NCBI GenBank assembly: GCA_963841435.1
Contig: CAWJCS010000006.1
Location: 480,001-544,000 of the forward strand
DNA from: an uncultured delta proteobacterium
GTDB taxonomy: Bacteria; Myxococcota_A; Polyangia; Polyangiales; Polyangiaceae
Direction: 5' to 3'
Length of the DNA stretch: 64,000 nt
The translations under genes were made by a program, and so were the position numbers. The notes beneath the pieces are model-generated. The model was not told the origin of the DNA. It saw only the letters and a program-made list of their open reading frames with translations, and searched no databases. This document shows positions 61,031 through 64,000 of the stretch, piece by piece (position 1 is the first letter of the stretch; every line of letters starts with the position of its first letter).

Positions 61031-64000
61031 ATGTTCAAGGTCGAGTGCCCTGGGTGCAAGGCCCCGTACCAGGTTGACGAGCGGAGGGTACCTTCCTCCG
61101 GTCTCAAGATGCGCTGCCCGAAGTGCGGCACGTCCTTCCAGGTCGAGGCTCCAGACGATCCGCGCCGCACGGGGCCGAGCCCCGTGCTCGGCGAGGCACC
61201 TCCGCCCCGTAAAGATCCACGCGCGCCGCTCAAGAACCCCGCGGCGAGGACGATGGTGGGCGTCGCGCCGTCGGCGCTCGGCCTGCCGTTGCCTGGCGCC
61301 AAGCCCCCCGCGGCTCCTGCGGCGCCGCCCGCACCCGCGCGTCCACCACTCCCGGCGCCCCAGCCGCCGGCTGCCCCGAAAGCCGCTCCACCGCGGCCGC
61401 CACCGCGCGTCGCCGCGCCGGGCCCGCCTCCCCCCCAGGATCCCTACGCGGACGCCGATCTCCCAGCGATCGGCGCTCGGTCGGACGTCAACCTCCCGGC
61501 GCCTGCCGGGCGACCGAAGCCACCGCCACCGGTACGAGGTCAGGCCCCAGCCGCGCCTCCCAAGAGTCCGTCGACGCTGCCCCCCGACGACGTCAACATG
61601 CTCGACGACCTGCCGGCCGTCCCCGGCGGCTCCGGCCTCGACATCGACCTCCCTTCCCCCGCTCCGCCCGCTGCGCTTTCGGTGGCTGGCCCGTCCCAGG
61701 GCGCGGACCTGCCGGCGCTGGCGGGCGACCTCGAATGGGGCCTTCCCGACATCGGTCAGCGCGCCGACCGGGGCGCCCCCGCGGCGTCGGTCCCCGCACC
61801 CACGATGGAGCTCGACCTCCCCGACCTGCCGGACCTCGACTTCCCGGCGCCCCAGGGCGACCTGCCGTCCCCAGCCGGAGCGGGGCTGCCTTCGGCCGCG
61901 CGCGGTCCGGGGCTCCCTGCCGCGTCGGCTGGGCTGCCCGCAGCGAGTGCCGGTCTGCCGGCCGTCTCGGCGGGGCTGCCCTCGGCCTCGGCTGGGCTGC
62001 CGGCGTCTTCCGCCGGCCTGCCTGCTTCGTCAGCGGGTCTTCCGTCGGCGTCGGCAGGTCTCCCGTCAGCCTCGGCGGGCCTCCCGTCAGCCTCGGCCGG
62101 TGTGCCGAGCCGCGCGCCGGGCCTTCCTGCTAATCACCCGGGGGGCGGAGCGTCGTCCCCGGGCTTCGGCGAGCTCGATCTCGATCTGACGCCCGGCGCG
62201 CCCTCGGGGGCGCCGCCCTTGCTCGATCTCGGTGCCCGGCAGCCGAGCGTTGCCCCGCCCACGAGCGGCGGCTTCGGGGAGATCGATTTGCCGCCTCGCG
62301 CGAGCGGGCAGCCCATGGCGATGCCGAGCGCGCGGCCGTCGCCGCAACCGTTCGATCCGCTCGAAGCCGACCCGTTCGGCGAAGCCGCGATCCCGTCGCA
62401 ACGGCCGATGGTCGAAGCGCGGCGGTCCGCCCCGCCCGCAGAGGTCGTCGGGTCGCAGGTGGGTGGCACGAGCTACGGCGAGGTGAACCTCGACGGCGAA
62501 GGCGATGGGGGCGGCAGCGGCGGCGAGGTCCCGCTCGAGGGCGCTCCGATCCGTTCGGGTGCGGCCCGCGAAGAGGACATGGAGTTCGGCGCGCTGCCGG
62601 AGCAACGGCCCCCGGGCGCCATGAAGGCGGACGTCGGCCCGGCGGTGCCGGCGGCGCGGCGGCGCTGGCCCCTGCGGGTCTTCGCGGGGCTGCTCGTGCT
62701 CGCCGTGGGCGGCGGCTCGCTCGCGTTCGTGCCCGGCGCGGGACCATACGGTGCGTACTTCATCAGCGACCGCCTCCATGCCGCCGAATACGGGCGGCTC
62801 CTCGGCGACGCGCAGCGCGCTGCCCGCGCGAGACTCGGCCACGACATCTGGCCGGAGGCCGTGCAGGCGTCGGTCAACGTCGACGCGACCCACGAGAAGG
62901 CGAAACGCTTCTATCCGCTCGCGACCTACGCCGCCTTCACCGGCTACCTCCGCGAGCTCAGGTTCGGCTCGGACCCGGCAGCGCACGCGCGGGGGCAGGT
63001 GCTGCTCGCGGAGATCGGGGACGCGAAGGACGTCCCCTACCTCGACTTCGCCGTGACGGCCCGCGACGCGCTCGACGGGCAGCTCACGCGCGCGCTCGAG
63101 AGCGCGCGCTCTCTCTCCCAGCGCCATCCGAACGACCCCGACGCGCTCGCGCTGCTCGGCGAAGTCGCGCTGCGCGGCGCCGACCCCGCGGCGGCCAAGA
63201 GCCCGTGGCAGGCGCTCGAGAAGCTCGAGCACAGCGCGCGCTCGGCGTTCGGTATCGCTCGGGCAAGCTACGTGACCGGCGACATGACGGCCGCGGCGGC
63301 GGCCGCCCGCCAGGCACTCGAACGCACCCCCGGGCACGTCGGAGCGCGCGTCCTCCTGGCCCGCATCGACTCCTTCGGCCGCGGCAACGAGGCGCGGAGC
63401 CTCCAGGAGATTGCCGACCTCCTGAAGAGCGCCGGCCGCGCCAGCCCCGACGAGGTGGTGTCCGCCCAGACCCTGCTCGGCGAGATCCATCTCGGCCGGT
63501 CCCAGGTGGCGCTCGCCGAAGTTGCGTTCGACCGCGCCCTCAAGATCAATCCGAGCGCCGCTCGCGCGCTGGCCGGCCTCGGCGAAGCCCTATTCCGTTC
63601 GCGACGCTTCTCCGAGGCCCTCGCCCGTTTCGAGTCCGCTTCCCAGGCCGATCCTCGGGCTCTCGAGGCGAAAATCGGAGTTGCCAAGAGCAAGCTCTCG
63701 CTCGAGCGGGTCGAGGACGCGCTGCGCACCCTCGCGAAGCTCGAAAAGGAGAACCCGAAGAGCCTGGCCGTGTCGCTCTGGTACGGCAGAGCCGCCGATG
63801 CCGCGGGCGATCACGATCGCGCCGCGGCGATCTACCGAAGGGCGCTCGACAAGGGCTCGACGGATCCAGAGCTCGTCGACATCTACGTGGCGCTCGCCAT
63901 GCTGGAAAACGAGCGCGGTGAGACCGCGCGCGCTCAGCAGACGCTGGTGCGAGCCAAGGCAAAGCTCCCCGAATCGGTCGCCCTGCACCGCTCGCTCGGC
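61031..64000 (+). CDS. MJ0042-type zinc-ribbon / Pro-rich linker / TM / TPR protein (3'-truncated by the window; absent from the ORF track)
   Basis: ATG 61031 after AGAGG: MFKVECPGCKAPYQVDERRVPSSGLKMRCPKCGTSFQV. The frame stays open to the window end, with a TM helix at ~62666-62731 followed by TPR helices. Confidence 0.9.
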   Translation, partial: MFKVECPGCKAPYQVDERRVPSSGLKMRCPKCGTSFQVEAPDDPRRTGPSPVLGEAPPPRKDPRAPLKNPAARTMVGVAPSALGLPLPGAKPPAAPAAPPAPARPPLPAPQPPAAPKAAPPRPPPRVAAPGPPPPQDPYADADLPAIGARSDVNLPAPAGRPKPPPPVRGQAPAAPPKSPSTLPPDDVNMLDDLPAVPGGSGLDIDLPSPAPPAALSVAGPSQGADLPALAGDLEWGLPDIGQRADRGAPAASVPAPTMELDLPDLPDLDFPAPQGDLPSPAGAGLPSAARGPGLPAASAGLPAASAGLPAVSAGLPSASAGLPASSAGLPASSAGLPSASAGLPSASAGLPSASAGVPSRAPGLPANHPGGGASSPGFGELDLDLTPGAPSGAPPLLDLGARQPSVAPPTSGGFGEIDLPPRASGQPMAMPSARPSPQPFDPLEADPFGEAAIPSQRPMVEARRSAPPAEVVGSQVGGTSYGEVNLDGEGDGGGSGGEVPLEGAPIRSGAAREEDMEFGALPEQRPPGAMKADVGPAVPAARRRWPLRVFAGLLVLAVGGGSLAFVPGAGPYGAYFISDRLHAAEYGRLLGDAQRAARARLGHDIWPEAVQASVNVDATHEKAKRFYPLATYAAFTGYLRELRFGSDPAAHARGQVLLAEIGDAKDVPYLDFAVTARDALDGQLTRALESARSLSQRHPNDPDALALLGEVALRGADPAAAKSPWQALEKLEHSARSAFGIARASYVTGDMTAAAAAARQALERTPGHVGARVLLARIDSFGRGNEARSLQEIADLLKSAGRASPDEVVSAQTLLGEIHLGRSQVALAEVAFDRALKINPSAARALAGLGEALFRSRRFSEALARFESASQADPRALEAKIGVAKSKLSLERVEDALRTLAKLEKENPKSLAVSLWYGRAADAAGDHDRAAAIYRRALDKGSTDPELVDIYVALAMLENERGETARAQQTLVRAKAKLPESVALHRSLG
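61910..62140 (+). repeat. Intragenic 21-bp tandem repeat encoding GLP(A/S)xSA, 9 good plus 2 degenerate units
   Basis: Units start at 61910, 61931, 61952, 61973, 61994, 62015, 62036, 62057, 62078, 62099 and 62120. Confidence 0.92.

Noticed and set aside
20996-61597. Genetic-code reassignment of AAC to Asp
   Set aside because: AAC encodes conserved Asn throughout (MraY NAVN, kinase HEINN, MurE TNGK), so a global reassignment is not tenable.
61910-62140. Possible CRISPR array
   Set aside because: The 21-bp units are contiguous, have no spacers, vary at synonymous positions and lie inside an ORF. No cas genes are present.

Overview
High-GC bacterial chromosomal DNA. Gene content and style point to a myxobacterium (Myxococcota, Polyangiaceae-like); this is inference. 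From left to right: a SAM-methyltransferase-like gene, rsmE, a metallophosphoesterase and a lipoprotein; a dcw division/cell-wall cluster (mraZ-rsmH-ftsL-ftsI-murE-murF-mraY-murD-ftsW-murG-murC-ftsQ-ftsA-ftsZ) with a recognisable promoter and MraZ boxes; a non-flagellar (ACF/Wsp-like) chemosensory operon ending in a triple-receiver kinase and a hybrid kinase; a DTW protein with an exonuclease-like tail; a divergent UxaE-like enzyme; a HAD phosphatase; a VWA/YfbK remnant; a DUF971-GT4-GGT operon; rpsU; alpha-2-macroglobulin plus pbpC; two giant TPR proteins with degenerate M48-like ends; a degenerate parvulin; and a zinc-ribbon/repeat/TM/TPR protein running off the right edge. I see no rRNA, tRNA, CRISPR array or mobile element. 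Two window-wide signals stand out: (1) repeated replacement of normally conserved Asp codons by Asn (GTC GAC to GTC AAC), mirrored by silent GTT GAC, i.e. a strand-symmetric C-to-T signature at the CpG of GTCGAC-like sites; and (2) six frameshifts that are each repaired by removing one base, probably assembly error. All family assignments come from motif recognition by eye, not from database searches.
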